Below are positions 16,708-27,441 of a DNA stretch of 64,000 nucleotides, in pieces. This DNA is from an uncultured Desulfovibrionaceae bacterium (GTDB taxonomy: Bacteria; Desulfobacterota; Desulfovibrionia; Desulfovibrionales; Desulfovibrionaceae): assembly GCA_942492085.1 (NCBI GenBank), contig CALODB010000007.1, positions 16,030 to 80,029 of the forward strand, written 5' to 3'. Each line of letters begins with the position of its first letter. The first letter of the stretch is position 1. The notes beneath the pieces were generated by a model. That model saw nothing but the letters and a program-made list of their open reading frames with translations, did not search any database and was not told the origin of the DNA. The position numbers were made by a program, and so were the translations under genes.

Positions 16708-18864
16708 CTAAACGCGTTTCAACCCCTCGATTACCTGTGATAATTCACCGGAGAGACGCGCAAGTTCTGTCATCGCCAATGCTGACTGACTCATAGATTC
16801 AGCAGTTTCACCAGCAATTCTGTTTACCTCTTCTGTGTTCTGACTAATTTGTTCAGAAGCAGCAGACTGCTCTTCAGCAGCGGTTGCAATGGTACGTACC
16901 TGATCAGAAGTATCTTCTACGATACGGACAATAGCACCAAGAGCTTCACCAGCCTGTTCAGCCAGTTTTGTACTGGAGCCAACGGTTTTAACCGCATCCT
17001 GCATACCTACGATATTTTCGCGGGTTCCCTGCTGAATTGCAGATACCGCACGCTCAACCTCTGAGGTCGCCTGCATAGTTTTTTCGGCAAGTTTACGAAC
17101 TTCATCCGCTACTACAGCAAAGCCTCTTCCAGCTTCTCCTGCACGTGCAGCTTCAATAGCTGCGTTAAGGGCAAGCAAGTTAGTCTGATCTGCAATATCA
17201 GAAATAACGCCCATAATATTACCAATACCTTCAGCCTGAACACCCAAGTCAGCTAAACCGGATTCCAGTTTAATCGCTTCTTCGTTCACACGCTGAATAG
17301 ACTGAACTACGCCTTCAACAATTTCGCCACCGGACTCTGCATTAACACGGGCTTCATCAGCACTTTCGGCTGCTCTACCTGCGTTCTGTGCAACTTCAAG
17401 AACGGTCACGTTCATCTGTTCCATTGCGGTAGCAGCTTCTGCTGTACGTTCGCGCTGAACATCTGCCCCGCGGCTTGCTTCATCAACCTGAGCTGCAAGT
17501 TCATCAGAGGCAGAAGAAATCTGCATGACAATACCTTCGAGTTGTGATGCCGCCTGAAGCATACCTTCACGCTTTGCAACTTCTGCCTGAGCACGGGCTT
17601 CTTCAGCCTGTTCCAAAGCAACCTCAGCCTCGCGGCTTTTGGTTTCTGCTTCCTGTGTTTTATCATCAGCCATGCGCATATTCTGCACCAGCTTGAGTAC
17701 CATGTCTTTCATGGCAAGATGCAATGTCAGGAATTCACTAGAGAAACGCTCGTCCTCCGGCAATGCATCGTAATCACCAGCTGAAACATCCTGTGTAGCT
17801 TTAATCAACAATGCAAATGGCTTGGTGAGATACGTGACAATACCAAAAATCACCAATGAAATAAGCAAAATTGCTACAACTGAGAATATCAGACTGAAGT
17901 GAAGAAACTCGTTCGCGTCCTTAAGAATAGTCTCTGTAGGAATAATAACGAGAATATTCCAAGGACTGTCAGTTCCTGTAATAGTGATCGGCTGAAAAAC
18001 GTACATGTTCTCTTTGCCGTCCAAAGGAGACACTGCCGTAAACTGAAGAAATTCTCCGTTCTTTACTGCATTACTTACCTTGTTTCTATCTTCAGGAGAA
18101 AATGCTTCTGTAATGTTCTTGCCTACAAGATCCGGATTCGGATGCGCTACAAGGTAGCCGCTTGTAGACATAATTGCAGCACGCCCTGTGCCCATCGGCT
18201 TAATACCCTGAATCATTTCATCAAATGAGGACAAGGTAAAATCTACACCTACAATACCTAAGAATTTTCCTGCTTCAAACAACGGAACACAGATGGTAGC
18301 CATGTATTTTTTCGCAACAGGTGCAAAATACGGCTCTGTCAGTACGATAGAACGTTTGTCTCTAGGTTCCATGTACCAGCTTCTGTTTGTTTCAGGACTG
18401 TGCTGTGTTAAATCTTCAGCCTTGAATGTTCCGTTCGCTTTCCAGAAATATGGACCATATCGTCCATCTGCCCCCCACCACTCACGTTTGCCAGCATACT
18501 CAGCATCACGACCATCAAGGCCGTTCGGCTCAAATACTGCCTGAATACCGTAAAAAGATTTACCGTTACGAATAGATTCTTTCATCATGGCATCAATAAC
18601 GTCTCGATCCATTGTCTCAGGATGAGTGCGCATTGCTCGAACAACTTCAACCAATGTTTGCGAAACGTTAAGAGCTTCTTCGATCTCCAGTTTTACCTCG
18701 TTACCGTATTTCCCCCCCACAAGCTTAGCTTGTGCCTTTGCCTGTGCAACAGACATATCACGTGCTTCACCAGAAAGCTGGAATGAATACACGCCAAAAA
18801 CAACACACATTGCAATACACAAACAAAGAATAATCTTATTCCTAAACTTCATGCGATCGAACAT
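16708..18864 (-). CDS. Methyl-accepting chemotaxis protein with double-Cache-like periplasmic sensor
   Basis: TM, a periplasmic domain of about 280 aa, TM, HAMP, then the highly conserved MCP signalling domain ([39 protein letters not shown]). The ATG at 18864 has a GAAGGG RBS; the ORF extends to 18882. Confidence 0.92.
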   Translation of the reverse strand: MFDRMKFRNKIILCLCIAMCVVFGVYSFQLSGEARDMSVAQAKAQAKLVGGKYGNEVKLEIEEALNVSQTLVEVVRAMRTHPETMDRDVIDAMMKESIRNGKSFYGIQAVFEPNGLDGRDAEYAGKREWWGADGRYGPYFWKANGTFKAEDLTQHSPETNRSWYMEPRDKRSIVLTEPYFAPVAKKYMATICVPLFEAGKFLGIVGVDFTLSSFDEMIQGIKPMGTGRAAIMSTSGYLVAHPNPDLVGKNITEAFSPEDRNKVSNAVKNGEFLQFTAVSPLDGKENMYVFQPITITGTDSPWNILVIIPTETILKDANEFLHFSLIFSVVAILLISLVIFGIVTYLTKPFALLIKATQDVSAGDYDALPEDERFSSEFLTLHLAMKDMVLKLVQNMRMADDKTQEAETKSREAEVALEQAEEARAQAEVAKREGMLQAASQLEGIVMQISSASDELAAQVDEASRGADVQRERTAEAATAMEQMNVTVLEVAQNAGRAAESADEARVNAESGGEIVEGVVQSIQRVNEEAIKLESGLADLGVQAEGIGNIMGVISDIADQTNLLALNAAIEAARAGEAGRGFAVVADEVRKLAEKTMQATSEVERAVSAIQQGTRENIVGMQDAVKTVGSSTKLAEQAGEALGAIVRIVEDTSDQVRTIATAAEEQSAASEQISQNTEEVNRIAGETAESMSQSALAMTELARLSGELSQVIEGLKRV

Positions 18865-19277
18865 AGTATACCCTTCTAACAAATACGAACATTACTGCCC
18901 CCAGTACCTGTTCATTTGCGTTAAACGTGGATCAGCAAAGGGAATAACCACCCCATGTTTCTGCCATTGTGCCGGTCGCAATAATCCAGACTTGGTGCTA
19001 TAAAAAGCATCAACTGCCCTATTATGCCTTTAATATTGTCAACAAAACATTCAGCATACGTCTATACTGACTGTTGCCCGAGTGAACTTTGGGCAACTAA
19101 GTTTTTATTCACTTATTACCCCTTGGTAATATTGCCCTATAATTAGCACATACGTCAGCAAAAGTTGCCGACACATTCCTATCGGCTATTAGATAGATAA
19201 CATTACGAGAAAAACACCACTATATCGTTGCAACAATCCAACACATAGAGTTAACCTCCTAATTACTTAAGGTTAAC

Positions 19278-20477
19278 TCAACACATTAATTTACCCACAC
19301 CTTTCAAAACATCTTGAAGTAAATACAAACTTACTAAATGATTACGTACTACAGAGGTAGATAAAGAGTTCTGACACATCAGTTTTGCAAGAAAACGAGA
19401 TTTCTTCTGTGCCATTTCCACCCGTTCTTTTTGGCGTATTACATACTTTTCCAATGCTAAAGAAAGATATCCTACATCAGTGCGAGATAATTCATCTGCA
19501 AGAACAGATGCTGAATCCATCGCCATCGACGCGCCTATACCCGCAGTCGGTAAAAATGCAGTCGAAGAATCCCCCAAAAGAACAACACGCTTAGAAAACC
19601 ACTTTGTTGCACGACAGTCTTCCATGTCCCAAAAAGAAGCATCATCAAGCCCTTCTAAAGAATGCAAGGCAGAATGCAGAATACCGGTAGGTAATTTCTT
19701 GCGCAGCAACTCTACAAACTCTGCGGCTGTGACATTAGAAAGCTCTTTCTTATTTCCACCCAAAAAAACGGCAAGTTTGTTTTGAACAGGATAAAGCCCG
19801 ATAAACCAACCAGCAGCCCACAATTCTCTATAGGTGACTTCATCAATACCCTCTAGCGAACGCCATACGCCCCAGCCACCCCAGCCCGTTGCCTTGTAAG
19901 CAAATTCATTTTGGGAAAAGATCATTCCACGAACTTCTGAGTGCATACCATCCGCTCCGACAACAAGATCAAACTCATGCGCTGACCCGTCAGAAAAAGT
20001 GACTACGGCACTATGGGGGTTATTTTGTATATGCTGAACCGTTGTATTGTAGAATACGTTTCCTTGTGGAACGTGGCTTCGTAACAAAGCAAGCAATAAG
20101 CCCCTGTCCACCCCGCGGATATCCCCATACCTATCTGTAAATTCTGCCAGCGGAAATTCTTTCAACACATCACCATTTGCCTCGTGTAAAACATATCGCT
20201 CCATTTTTTGACTTATTTGCCGGTATCTGCGGTACATACCAAGGCCATGCAGAACACGCGCGCCTAAGGGATACAAACAGAGAGCATACCCACCCGTATC
20301 ATCCTTACTTCCACGTTCAACAATTACAGGAGTTTCTCCGTGCTGATGCAGCAACGCCGCCAGCGTAGCACCTGCTATGCCACTACCTACAATAAGAATG
20401 CGTAACCGGGCCTGAGCCAGCACAGAGTTCATACAACCACCAACAGTCAAACGACACTCTTTACGTTGCGTACTCAT
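19278..20477 (-). CDS. FAD-dependent monooxygenase (UbiH/salicylate hydroxylase-like)
   Basis: Rossmann dinucleotide motif ILIVGSGIAGATLAALL, DLVVGADGMHS and LLGDSSTAF motifs. Strong RBS (GGGGGAG) before the ATG at 20477. Confidence 0.8.
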   Translation of the reverse strand: MSTQRKECRLTVGGCMNSVLAQARLRILIVGSGIAGATLAALLHQHGETPVIVERGSKDDTGGYALCLYPLGARVLHGLGMYRRYRQISQKMERYVLHEANGDVLKEFPLAEFTDRYGDIRGVDRGLLLALLRSHVPQGNVFYNTTVQHIQNNPHSAVVTFSDGSAHEFDLVVGADGMHSEVRGMIFSQNEFAYKATGWGGWGVWRSLEGIDEVTYRELWAAGWFIGLYPVQNKLAVFLGGNKKELSNVTAAEFVELLRKKLPTGILHSALHSLEGLDDASFWDMEDCRATKWFSKRVVLLGDSSTAFLPTAGIGASMAMDSASVLADELSRTDVGYLSLALEKYVIRQKERVEMAQKKSRFLAKLMCQNSLSTSVVRNHLVSLYLLQDVLKGVGKLMC

Positions 20478-20592
20478 GACACTCCCCCTTGGGTAAAAGT
20501 ACTTGCCTTATAATACGAAAATAACGGTAGAACGGCCTGTATATTGTGTCCTTCAAGCTACCAGTCCGTTAAGGTTGCCCCTCGTTGTCCAC

Positions 20593-20622
20593 AAAAAAAG
20601 CCTCCCAATTCTGGAAGGCTCT
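20593..20622 (-). terminator. Rho-independent terminator (minus strand)
   Basis: AGCCTCC / GGAAGGCT hairpin. T-run on the minus strand (plus-strand A-run 20593-20599), directly downstream of the 106-aa gene. Confidence 0.6.
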
Positions 20623-20644
20623 TTATAACAACATAACTCTTAGA

Positions 20645-20965
20645 TTACAGTCGGTTGCATGCTTCAGCATTTTTTTTATCATCTTCCAATGCCTGTTCCC
20701 ATGCGACTCTACTGATGGCTCTAACTTCAGTATCCCCATATTCCTGAACCCAAGTCTCCGCCGAAGTTGTGCCGTCTGTAATAAAATAGATACGTTCTGG
20801 TGCTTCTGTGTTTGTTACCAGCACATCAGCATTAGGAAACGTTTCTTCAAGAGCAGTACGCACCACCTTACAGTATTTTTTCCGTTCTTTTACAGAAGGA
20901 TTCTGGACATCAGTACGCAACACATTATATTCGATTCCTTTAATTCGTGCATAGTCGTCGTGCAT
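20645..20965 (-). CDS. Hypothetical protein (106 aa)
   Basis: ORF with a GGGG RBS about 8 nt upstream and its own terminator. I recognise no family with confidence. Confidence 0.5.
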   Translation of the reverse strand: MHDDYARIKGIEYNVLRTDVQNPSVKERKKYCKVVRTALEETFPNADVLVTNTEAPERIYFITDGTTSAETWVQEYGDTEVRAISRVAWEQALEDDKKNAEACNRL

Positions 20966-21195
20966 TTTTTGCCCCTTTTTGGTGACAATTTTACCACAGC
21001 CCTCGCACAGAAACAGCAGAACTCAGCCCGTTGCTTATTATTAATCATCCACCATAGTAAAACTAACTATGAAACTAAGAACGAATAAGCACGGTCAGTG
21101 ATGCTTCTATCGAATATGACTCAGCCGCAACACGCCAGCGTCCTCACTGGTGGTGGCAGGTTGGCGGTAAAAAATGACACAGGAGAACACACATA

Positions 21196-22176
21196 ATGCT
21201 GACAACAGAATTCAGTAGAATATTACAGCTGGGAAACAAAAATCTACTTCTCTTTAGCGTGTTCATCGCAATTGCTCTAGGCGTACGCCTTCCCCTTTCT
21301 CAAGAGATGCTGCAATCCTTTAATTTCACAACCCCGCTGGTTGCTTTCATCTTTATTGCACAAGGGTTGAATATGGATTTCACCCACGCCAGCAAGCTTA
21401 AAAAATACATAAAAATTCTTGTCGCAGGAACCATCATCGCCGTTGTCGCGTATCCGGCATTAGCGTTTGGCTTTACGCGCATCTTTTCGCTTACAAACGA
21501 CTTTGCCCTAGGGTTCATTCTTATCTGCTGTTTTCCGAATTCACTTGAAGCAGCGATGGCTATGACAATGAGTGCCAGCGGCAACCGTATTACCGCGGTT
21601 GTACTTCTGGTAGGGTTATGCCTTATGGGAATTATCAGCATTCCACTCAACATATATCTGTGGATCGGAGGCACTGAAGAAATGAGTGCTTCCCTCGTGC
21701 TCGTTAAAGTAATCGGCTACGTTTTTGTACCGATTTTTATCGGACAACTTCTACGCCGATTCTTTCCGAAACTTCCAGATCAGACAAAAATGCTCTCCCA
21801 CTATATTCCAATCCTCTGCCTGTCAGCACTTGTCTATATTTCCTGCTCACGGGAAGCTACGATCATCCACGAACTCAAACTAGGGGATATTGCCCACACC
21901 TTTTTTCCGAGCGCATCCCTGCACCTCTTCGTACTCATTACCGCACTTCTTGTTGCCAAATATGTTTTGCACCTCAGCAAATCTGACAACCGTTCCTTCA
22001 TATTCATTACCTCAGAAAAACCCATGTCACTCTCTGTAGCCTTGTGGAGCGTGACGTATGCAGGGACGCATCCAACCTCGATATTTCCGATTCTAGTATT
22101 TTACATTACACAGATGATTATCGATAGCTTCATCATTTCGCGCCTTACATTACGCGACTACACAGAAATCAAGTAA
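21196..22176 (+). CDS. Bile acid:sodium symporter (BASS/SBF-like) family transporter
   Basis: 326 aa with about 9-10 TM segments. Contains the CCFPNSLEAAMAMTMSASGN segment resembling the BASS signature (P-x-x-x-S...A-x-GN). Confidence 0.6.
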   Translation: MLTTEFSRILQLGNKNLLLFSVFIAIALGVRLPLSQEMLQSFNFTTPLVAFIFIAQGLNMDFTHASKLKKYIKILVAGTIIAVVAYPALAFGFTRIFSLTNDFALGFILICCFPNSLEAAMAMTMSASGNRITAVVLLVGLCLMGIISIPLNIYLWIGGTEEMSASLVLVKVIGYVFVPIFIGQLLRRFFPKLPDQTKMLSHYIPILCLSALVYISCSREATIIHELKLGDIAHTFFPSASLHLFVLITALLVAKYVLHLSKSDNRSFIFITSEKPMSLSVALWSVTYAGTHPTSIFPILVFYITQMIIDSFIISRLTLRDYTEIK

Positions 22177-22226
22177 CAAAAAAAGCGCGGTCTGATTTGA
22201 CCGCGCTCATGCTATCGTACCTATTT

Positions 22227-22607
22227 TTAGATTGAAAATCCGGCTCGCTTCCAAGCCCGAATTCCACCATCAAGATGTATGAGCGAAAGCCCCGCATCTT
22301 TCATAATCTTTTTTGCACGCTGACTGCGATTGCCGGAACGACAATACACTACATACGTTACATTTTTGGGCAGACTTAACACAGAACGCTTAAAGCTGGA
22401 TGCAGAAATAGGGAAAAATTCCGCACCGGCTATATGCCCTTCAGAGTATTCCTGAATGCTTCGAACATCGAGAATAAGAAACTTCTCTTTTGTCGTACTA
22501 ATGTAGTCATGCACCTCAGCCGGGGAAGCATCCACAACTTTCTGCGCCTGCGCAGTCACTGCAAGCAGCAACAGCCCCAATACCAAAACAATCTGTAATC
22601 TCTTCAT
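22227..22607 (-). CDS. Secreted rhodanese-domain sulfurtransferase
   Basis: Signal peptide (MKRLQIVLVLGLLLLAVTAQA), single rhodanese domain with the active-site loop CRSGNRS. Confidence 0.85.
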   Translation of the reverse strand: MKRLQIVLVLGLLLLAVTAQAQKVVDASPAEVHDYISTTKEKFLILDVRSIQEYSEGHIAGAEFFPISASSFKRSVLSLPKNVTYVVYCRSGNRSQRAKKIMKDAGLSLIHLDGGIRAWKRAGFSI

Positions 22608-22653
22608 ATGTTGCGGTTACCCTGTAATGCTATCTAACAGTGGTCTTCAAAAG

Positions 22654-23388
22654 CTATTCTACGGCGAAAACAAGCTCAACACGAACGCTGCAGGTAGATG
22701 CCTGCGGCTCGTACATGTTCTCGTCTGCTGCCATAGTAGATTTTGCCATGTACATACGCGGTGCACCTTCTGAATTGATAACTGCGGTGTTGATTCCACC
22801 AAGTTTACTATCCATCAGCATCGCCATAACTTCAGCACGTTCTTTACCACGCTCAACAGCTTGTTTTAAGGCTTCCTTCTCACATGTGCGACGGGAGGCT
22901 TCATCAATCAGGGTATAAAGTTGTGACACTTCTTCAACACCGCTTTTCAAAACAGCCTGAGTTACATCCTGAGCTTTTTTGAGGTCAAGTACTGTAATAG
23001 AATAGCTGGTTCGGACCTGATAGCCAACAATCGTATTTTGGGAGTCTACCCGCTTATAGTGAGGGGAAAAGGACGCATTTGCATCAAAATCTTTGGTGAA
23101 AGACTTAGCAAACTCCAAATTCTTTTTAATTGTGCTTGTTAAGCCTCTTGCCTGTACAGCAAGTTTATCTTTTGCCTCCTGTGCAGTCAGGGCTTTACCC
23201 TTGTCCTGTTTAAGAAGCACAACAGTCACATGAGAAAATGAAAGAGTACCGGATGTCGGCATAACCTTAGATTTGCCGGTTTCATTCAAAACAATCTGTT
23301 TAGTCGGCTCCTGAGCTGCCAAAGAGGTCTGAGTGAAGACTGGTGCCAACAATAATACAAAAACAATAACAGCGGAAATATATCGCAT
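22654..23388 (-). CDS. SIMPL-domain (DUF541, YggE-like) periplasmic protein
   Basis: Signal peptide, about 240 aa, and an overall beta/alpha pattern and C-terminal strand (VRVELVFAVE) typical of SIMPL proteins. Called by recall only. Confidence 0.55.
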   Translation of the reverse strand: MRYISAVIVFVLLLAPVFTQTSLAAQEPTKQIVLNETGKSKVMPTSGTLSFSHVTVVLLKQDKGKALTAQEAKDKLAVQARGLTSTIKKNLEFAKSFTKDFDANASFSPHYKRVDSQNTIVGYQVRTSYSITVLDLKKAQDVTQAVLKSGVEEVSQLYTLIDEASRRTCEKEALKQAVERGKERAEVMAMLMDSKLGGINTAVINSEGAPRMYMAKSTMAADENMYEPQASTCSVRVELVFAVE

Positions 23389-23733
23389 AAATTTTCTCCT
23401 GATTATCTCTAAGATTTTTCATACGCCGTGCAAAGCAGACTTTGGACTGCGTGACTATATACGCATTCTTCGCAAAAGTTCATATTTTTTCAATGTGTTT
23501 TTTACCTACACAAAAGGTTCTAGCAACAAAAAAAGAGTAAAACTATCATTAAGAGACTCCTAACGCTAATTTCAAACATTACAACGAGACCTCTTGGAAC
23601 AATGTTCACAAATCTTTTAAGTTAGAGGCCATTGCCCACTCAATACGTGTAATTTTTTCAACGTTTCCGCACATTGTATTCCTGCACTAATAAAAACCGA
23701 TAACACACCTCAATACATAATCTTTTTATTGTT

Positions 23734-23764
23734 TTTTTGACAAATTTTTGACATGTTTTTCACC
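23734..23764. promoter_or_regulatory. Pho-box-like array: three direct repeats phased at 11 bp
   Basis: TTTTTGACA at 23734, TTTTTGACA at 23745 and TTTTTCACC at 23756. Read on the minus strand it is TGTCAAAAAT-TTGTCAAAAA, resembling the PhoB consensus CTGTCAT-A/T4-CTGTCAT. It lies about 155 bp upstream of phnD. Confidence 0.45.
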
Positions 23765-23918
23765 GCCAACTTGAAAAACTTTTTCCGATTCTATTGTCTT
23801 AACCGGTTACATATCCTATGAGAGGCGAAGAATAGATCGTTCGAGTTTTTTTCGTTTAACGATGTATCGCACACTGTTCTGGTCGTGCGAATTGCTTAGC
23901 TCTATGCTGGAGAAACAC

Positions 23919-24929
23919 ATGAAAAAAATTATGTTGCTTGTTGCCATGGCATTTCTGTTAGCGTCTGTTCCTGCTCTCGCTGCAGACTGCACAAACCGTG
24001 GTGGGTTAGATTCAAATTACTGTGATGAGGACAAAGACCTCGTTGCGGACCTCGCTCCTGCAGGCGAGTGTAAAGATCCTAGCACCTTGGTGTTTACCTA
24101 CACTCCTGTAGAAGACCCTGCTGTTTACAGAGATGCTTTTGCTGATTTCCAGGAATACCTTGAAGAAGCAACCGGCAAGCGTGTAATTTACTACACAGTA
24201 CAGTCTAACGCTGCTGAAGTTGAAGCAATGCGTTCCGGCAAACTGCACATTGCTGGATTCTCAACCGGCCCTACCGGTTTTGCTGTTAACCTGGCAGGTT
24301 ATGTACCAATGGCTGTTAAAGGCTACCCAGAAGGCTTCCAGGGCTACAACCTTATTGTTGTTGTACCACAAGACAGCCCTATTCAGTCTTTAGCTGACCT
24401 TAAGGGTAAGAAAGTAGCACACACATCTGCTTCTTCTAACTCCGGTAACCTTGCTCCGCGTGCTATATTCCCTAAAGAAGGCATTACTCCTGATAAAGAT
24501 TACACTGTTGTTTACTCCGGTAAACACGACCAGTCTGTTCTCGGCGTAGTACATGGTGACTACGATGCAGCACCAGTTGCTTCTGACGTATATGACCGCA
24601 TGGTAGCCGCTGGCCGCGTTAAACCAGATGCTCTTCGCATCGTATACCGCAGCCCTAAATTCCCTACTTCATCTTTCGGTTACTCAAGCCAGCTTTGTGC
24701 TCCGCTTGCTCAGAAAATCATCGGCGCATTCAGCACCTACCGTTTCCCTGAGTCCATGCAGAAGTCATTCCACGGCGCTGATCGTTTCTACCCAATCACC
24801 TACAAGGCTGACTGGAAAGTTATTCGCGATATCGCTGATGCAACTGGCACTAGCTACAATGCTGAAGGCCTGAAGAAAATGGCTGAAAAAGACGCAGCTA
24901 AAAAAGCCAAAAAAGCTAAAAAGAAATAA
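23919..24929 (+). CDS. phnD: Phosphonate/phosphite ABC transporter substrate-binding protein (PhnD family)
   Basis: GGAGA RBS before the ATG at 23919 and a signal peptide. It has PhnD-like motifs (LVFTYTPVEDP, GKLHIAGFSTGP, HTSASSNSG) and is followed by phnC and two phnE genes. Confidence 0.85.
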   Translation: MKKIMLLVAMAFLLASVPALAADCTNRGGLDSNYCDEDKDLVADLAPAGECKDPSTLVFTYTPVEDPAVYRDAFADFQEYLEEATGKRVIYYTVQSNAAEVEAMRSGKLHIAGFSTGPTGFAVNLAGYVPMAVKGYPEGFQGYNLIVVVPQDSPIQSLADLKGKKVAHTSASSNSGNLAPRAIFPKEGITPDKDYTVVYSGKHDQSVLGVVHGDYDAAPVASDVYDRMVAAGRVKPDALRIVYRSPKFPTSSFGYSSQLCAPLAQKIIGAFSTYRFPESMQKSFHGADRFYPITYKADWKVIRDIADATGTSYNAEGLKKMAEKDAAKKAKKAKKK

Positions 24930-24938
24930 GAGTCATAC

Positions 24939-25730
24939 GTGCCTGTTGAAAATACCATTAAAGGGAACGAGGAAACTCGTTCCCTTTTGATCGAGAATTT
25001 GGAAAAGGAATATGTAAAAGGAAAACCTGTTCTTAAAGGTCTTTCTTTTGAAGTTTCTGGCGAAGAAACTGTTGGTATTATCGGACCTTCCGGTACCGGT
25101 AAATCTACTCTTTTGCGCTGTATCAACCGCCTTATCGAACCTACAAAAGGTACCATCACCGTAGCTGGCCACAACCTCACCACCTGCTCTGGTAAAGAAC
25201 TGCGCCTTGCGCGCCGTCGTATCGGCATGGTTTTTCAGGAATACAACCTCGTTGAACGCTTAACCGTCATCGAAAACGTACTATGTGGTCGTCTCGGATA
25301 CATTCCTGTTTGGCGTGCTTGGCTTCGCAAGTTTGAACAAGCTGACATTGCCCGCGCATTTAAACTTATCGACCACGTAGGTCTTGGTGAATTTGCAACA
25401 CAACGTGCAGACAGCCTTTCCGGCGGTCAGCGTCAGCGTGTTGGTATTGCTCGTGCAATGATGCAGAGCCCTGCCGTTATCATGGCAGACGAACCAACAA
25501 GCTCACTTGATCCTAAAACTTCTGTTGAGATCATGGAACTGCTCAAGAAGGTTTCTTCTACCGAGCACATCCCTGTACTCATCAACATCCATGATGTGAA
25601 CCTTGCTAAACGCTTCTGCGACCGTATTATCGGTATGAGTAAAGGTAAAATCATCTTTGATGGTCCACCATCTTCACTCAAAGACAGCCACTTATCTGAA
25701 ATTTATGGCGGTGAGGACTGGCTCTCATGA
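24939..25730 (+). CDS. phnC: Phosphonate ABC transporter ATP-binding protein
   Basis: GTG start. Walker [10 protein letters not shown], signature LSGGQRQRV, Walker [12 protein letters not shown]. Confidence 0.88.
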   Translation: MPVENTIKGNEETRSLLIENLEKEYVKGKPVLKGLSFEVSGEETVGIIGPSGTGKSTLLRCINRLIEPTKGTITVAGHNLTTCSGKELRLARRRIGMVFQEYNLVERLTVIENVLCGRLGYIPVWRAWLRKFEQADIARAFKLIDHVGLGEFATQRADSLSGGQRQRVGIARAMMQSPAVIMADEPTSSLDPKTSVEIMELLKKVSSTEHIPVLINIHDVNLAKRFCDRIIGMSKGKIIFDGPPSSLKDSHLSEIYGGEDWLS

Positions 25731-26515
25731 CCACGGATGCACAAAGAAAATCTCCATTCAAAGCAAGCATAGCAACACGACTCGGCTGGGTTCTTCTAGC
25801 CTGTTACGTTTTCTATGCTTTGAATGCACTTGATTTTACGTGGGAACGCTTCATTGACGGTCTTGGGAACGGTGCTGACTTTCTTGGCGAAATGATCCCG
25901 CCAAACTTTGAGCGTTGGAAACTACTTGTAGGCAACCTGATTGAAACTATCGAAATCGCAGTAATTGCTTCTGCTTTCGGCATTGCTCTTTCTTTGCCTA
26001 TCGGTATGTGTGCTGCACGAAACCTTATGCCGGACTGGGTGACATGGCCTGCACGTACTGTAATTGCAGTATGTCGTTCATTCCACCCGGTTATCTTTGC
26101 GATTCTTTTCGTTAAAGCCGTTGGTTTTGGCCCGCTTGCAGGTATTCTTACACTGATCTTCCTTTCAATCGGCTTTATCGGCAAACTGTTTGCCGAGGCT
26201 ATTGAAGAAATATCTCTAAAGCCTGTTGAGGCAATCAGAGCTGCTGGTGCGCCTTTTATGAGCGTGCTTATTTTTGCAGTACTCCCTCAGGTGTTTAACC
26301 GATTCATCGGTTTTGCCACCTACCAGTTCGACGCAAACCTGCGTAACTCTACCATGGTTGGTATTGTTGGTGCTGGTGGTATCGGCGGTACCTTGTTTGC
26401 TGCATTCCAGCGCTTTGATTATGATTTCCTCGCGGCGATTCTTATGTCAATCGTTGCACTTATTATGCTTAGCGAACTTCTTTCCGTAAAGATAAAGGCG
26501 ATTTTCAATGACTGA
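25727..26515 (+). CDS. phnE: Phosphonate ABC transporter permease
   Basis: 6-TM BPD-type permease with EAI...A..AAGA motif ([19 protein letters not shown]). 4-nt overlap with phnC. Confidence 0.85.
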   Translation: MTTDAQRKSPFKASIATRLGWVLLACYVFYALNALDFTWERFIDGLGNGADFLGEMIPPNFERWKLLVGNLIETIEIAVIASAFGIALSLPIGMCAARNLMPDWVTWPARTVIAVCRSFHPVIFAILFVKAVGFGPLAGILTLIFLSIGFIGKLFAEAIEEISLKPVEAIRAAGAPFMSVLIFAVLPQVFNRFIGFATYQFDANLRNSTMVGIVGAGGIGGTLFAAFQRFDYDFLAAILMSIVALIMLSELLSVKIKAIFND

Positions 26516-27305
26516 TACTATGACATGGGAACGATTCACTCCCGGGCAGCGCCTTGCCCGCTTTGCGGTGTATCTTTGCGTAGTTTCCCTGTTAGTATTT
26601 TCTCTGAGTACAGTAGAAATTATTCCAGAATTTCTCTACGACGCGCCGTACCAGTTGCAGGATTTATTTACCCGCATGTGGCCAATTGACTTTGCGTCAT
26701 ATACTCAAGAAAATATTCACGAAGCACTCATCGAAACACTGAACATTGCATCGCTTGGCACCGTCCTTGCGTTGTTCTTAGCAGTGCCGGTTGCATTACT
26801 TTCTGCAAACAACATTACCAAATCTCCAGTTCTTAACTGGTGTGGTAAGTTCATCCTTGTTTCTTCACGTACAGTTAACTCACTTGTATGGGCTATTCTG
26901 TTTGTAGCAATCTTTGGACCTGGTGCACTGGCTGGTACCTTTGCTATCGGCTTCCGTTCCATCGGTTTCTGTGGCAAGTTGCTCGCGGAAGCACTGGAAG
27001 AAGTAGATCAAGGCCCTATCGAAGCGCTTCGCGCTGCCGGTGCTCCAACCGTTAGTATCCTCCTTAAAGGTTACTGGCCTCAGGTTGCTCCAGCATTTTG
27101 GGGTCTCGCACTCTTCCGTTGGGACATTAACGTTCGAGAATCCTCTGTTATCGGCCTTGTAGGTGCTGGTGGTATCGGTGTTGCACTTGATACCGCGCTT
27201 AACCTCTTTCGCTGGCAGCAGGTTGCACTCATTTTGTTATGCATCTTCTCCATCGTTATTGTTGCAGAAGTAGTTGTTACCAAGATTCGCCAAAACATTA
27301 TCTAG
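26508..27305 (+). CDS. phnE: Phosphonate ABC transporter permease (second copy)
   Basis: Paralog of the preceding permease (LEEVDQGPIEALRAAGAPT). 8-nt overlap with it. Confidence 0.85.
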   Translation: MTDTMTWERFTPGQRLARFAVYLCVVSLLVFSLSTVEIIPEFLYDAPYQLQDLFTRMWPIDFASYTQENIHEALIETLNIASLGTVLALFLAVPVALLSANNITKSPVLNWCGKFILVSSRTVNSLVWAILFVAIFGPGALAGTFAIGFRSIGFCGKLLAEALEEVDQGPIEALRAAGAPTVSILLKGYWPQVAPAFWGLALFRWDINVRESSVIGLVGAGGIGVALDTALNLFRWQQVALILLCIFSIVIVAEVVVTKIRQNII

Positions 27306-27354
27306 GACAACGAAACTGTGTCGTAACTGCAGCATGCATTTACAGATTACAAAC

Positions 27355-27388
27355 AAAAAGAGGGCAAAATTATTTGCCCTCTTTTTTT
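27355..27388 (+). terminator. Rho-independent terminator of the phn operon
   Basis: AGAGGGCAAA (27359-27368) / TTTGCCCTCT (27373-27382), followed by T6. Confidence 0.85.
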
Positions 27389-27441
27389 AAAAAATTTTTC
27401 TCATTATCGACTCCGAAAATAACTAAGGGAACGCATTTTTC

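Noticed and set aside
19249-19285. Hairpin GTTAACCT-N12-AGGTTAAC at the 3-prime end of the FAD monooxygenase gene, and TTGCCC-N11-GGGCAA at about 19073-19095.
   Set aside because: Neither is followed by a T-run on the transcribed (minus) strand. The first overlaps the stop codon. Not convincing as terminators.
20645-20965. Possible DinI-like identity for the 106-aa protein, based on an FP(N/D)A.V.V segment.
   Set aside because: The resemblance is limited to a few residues, so I cannot support the call without a profile search. Kept as hypothetical.
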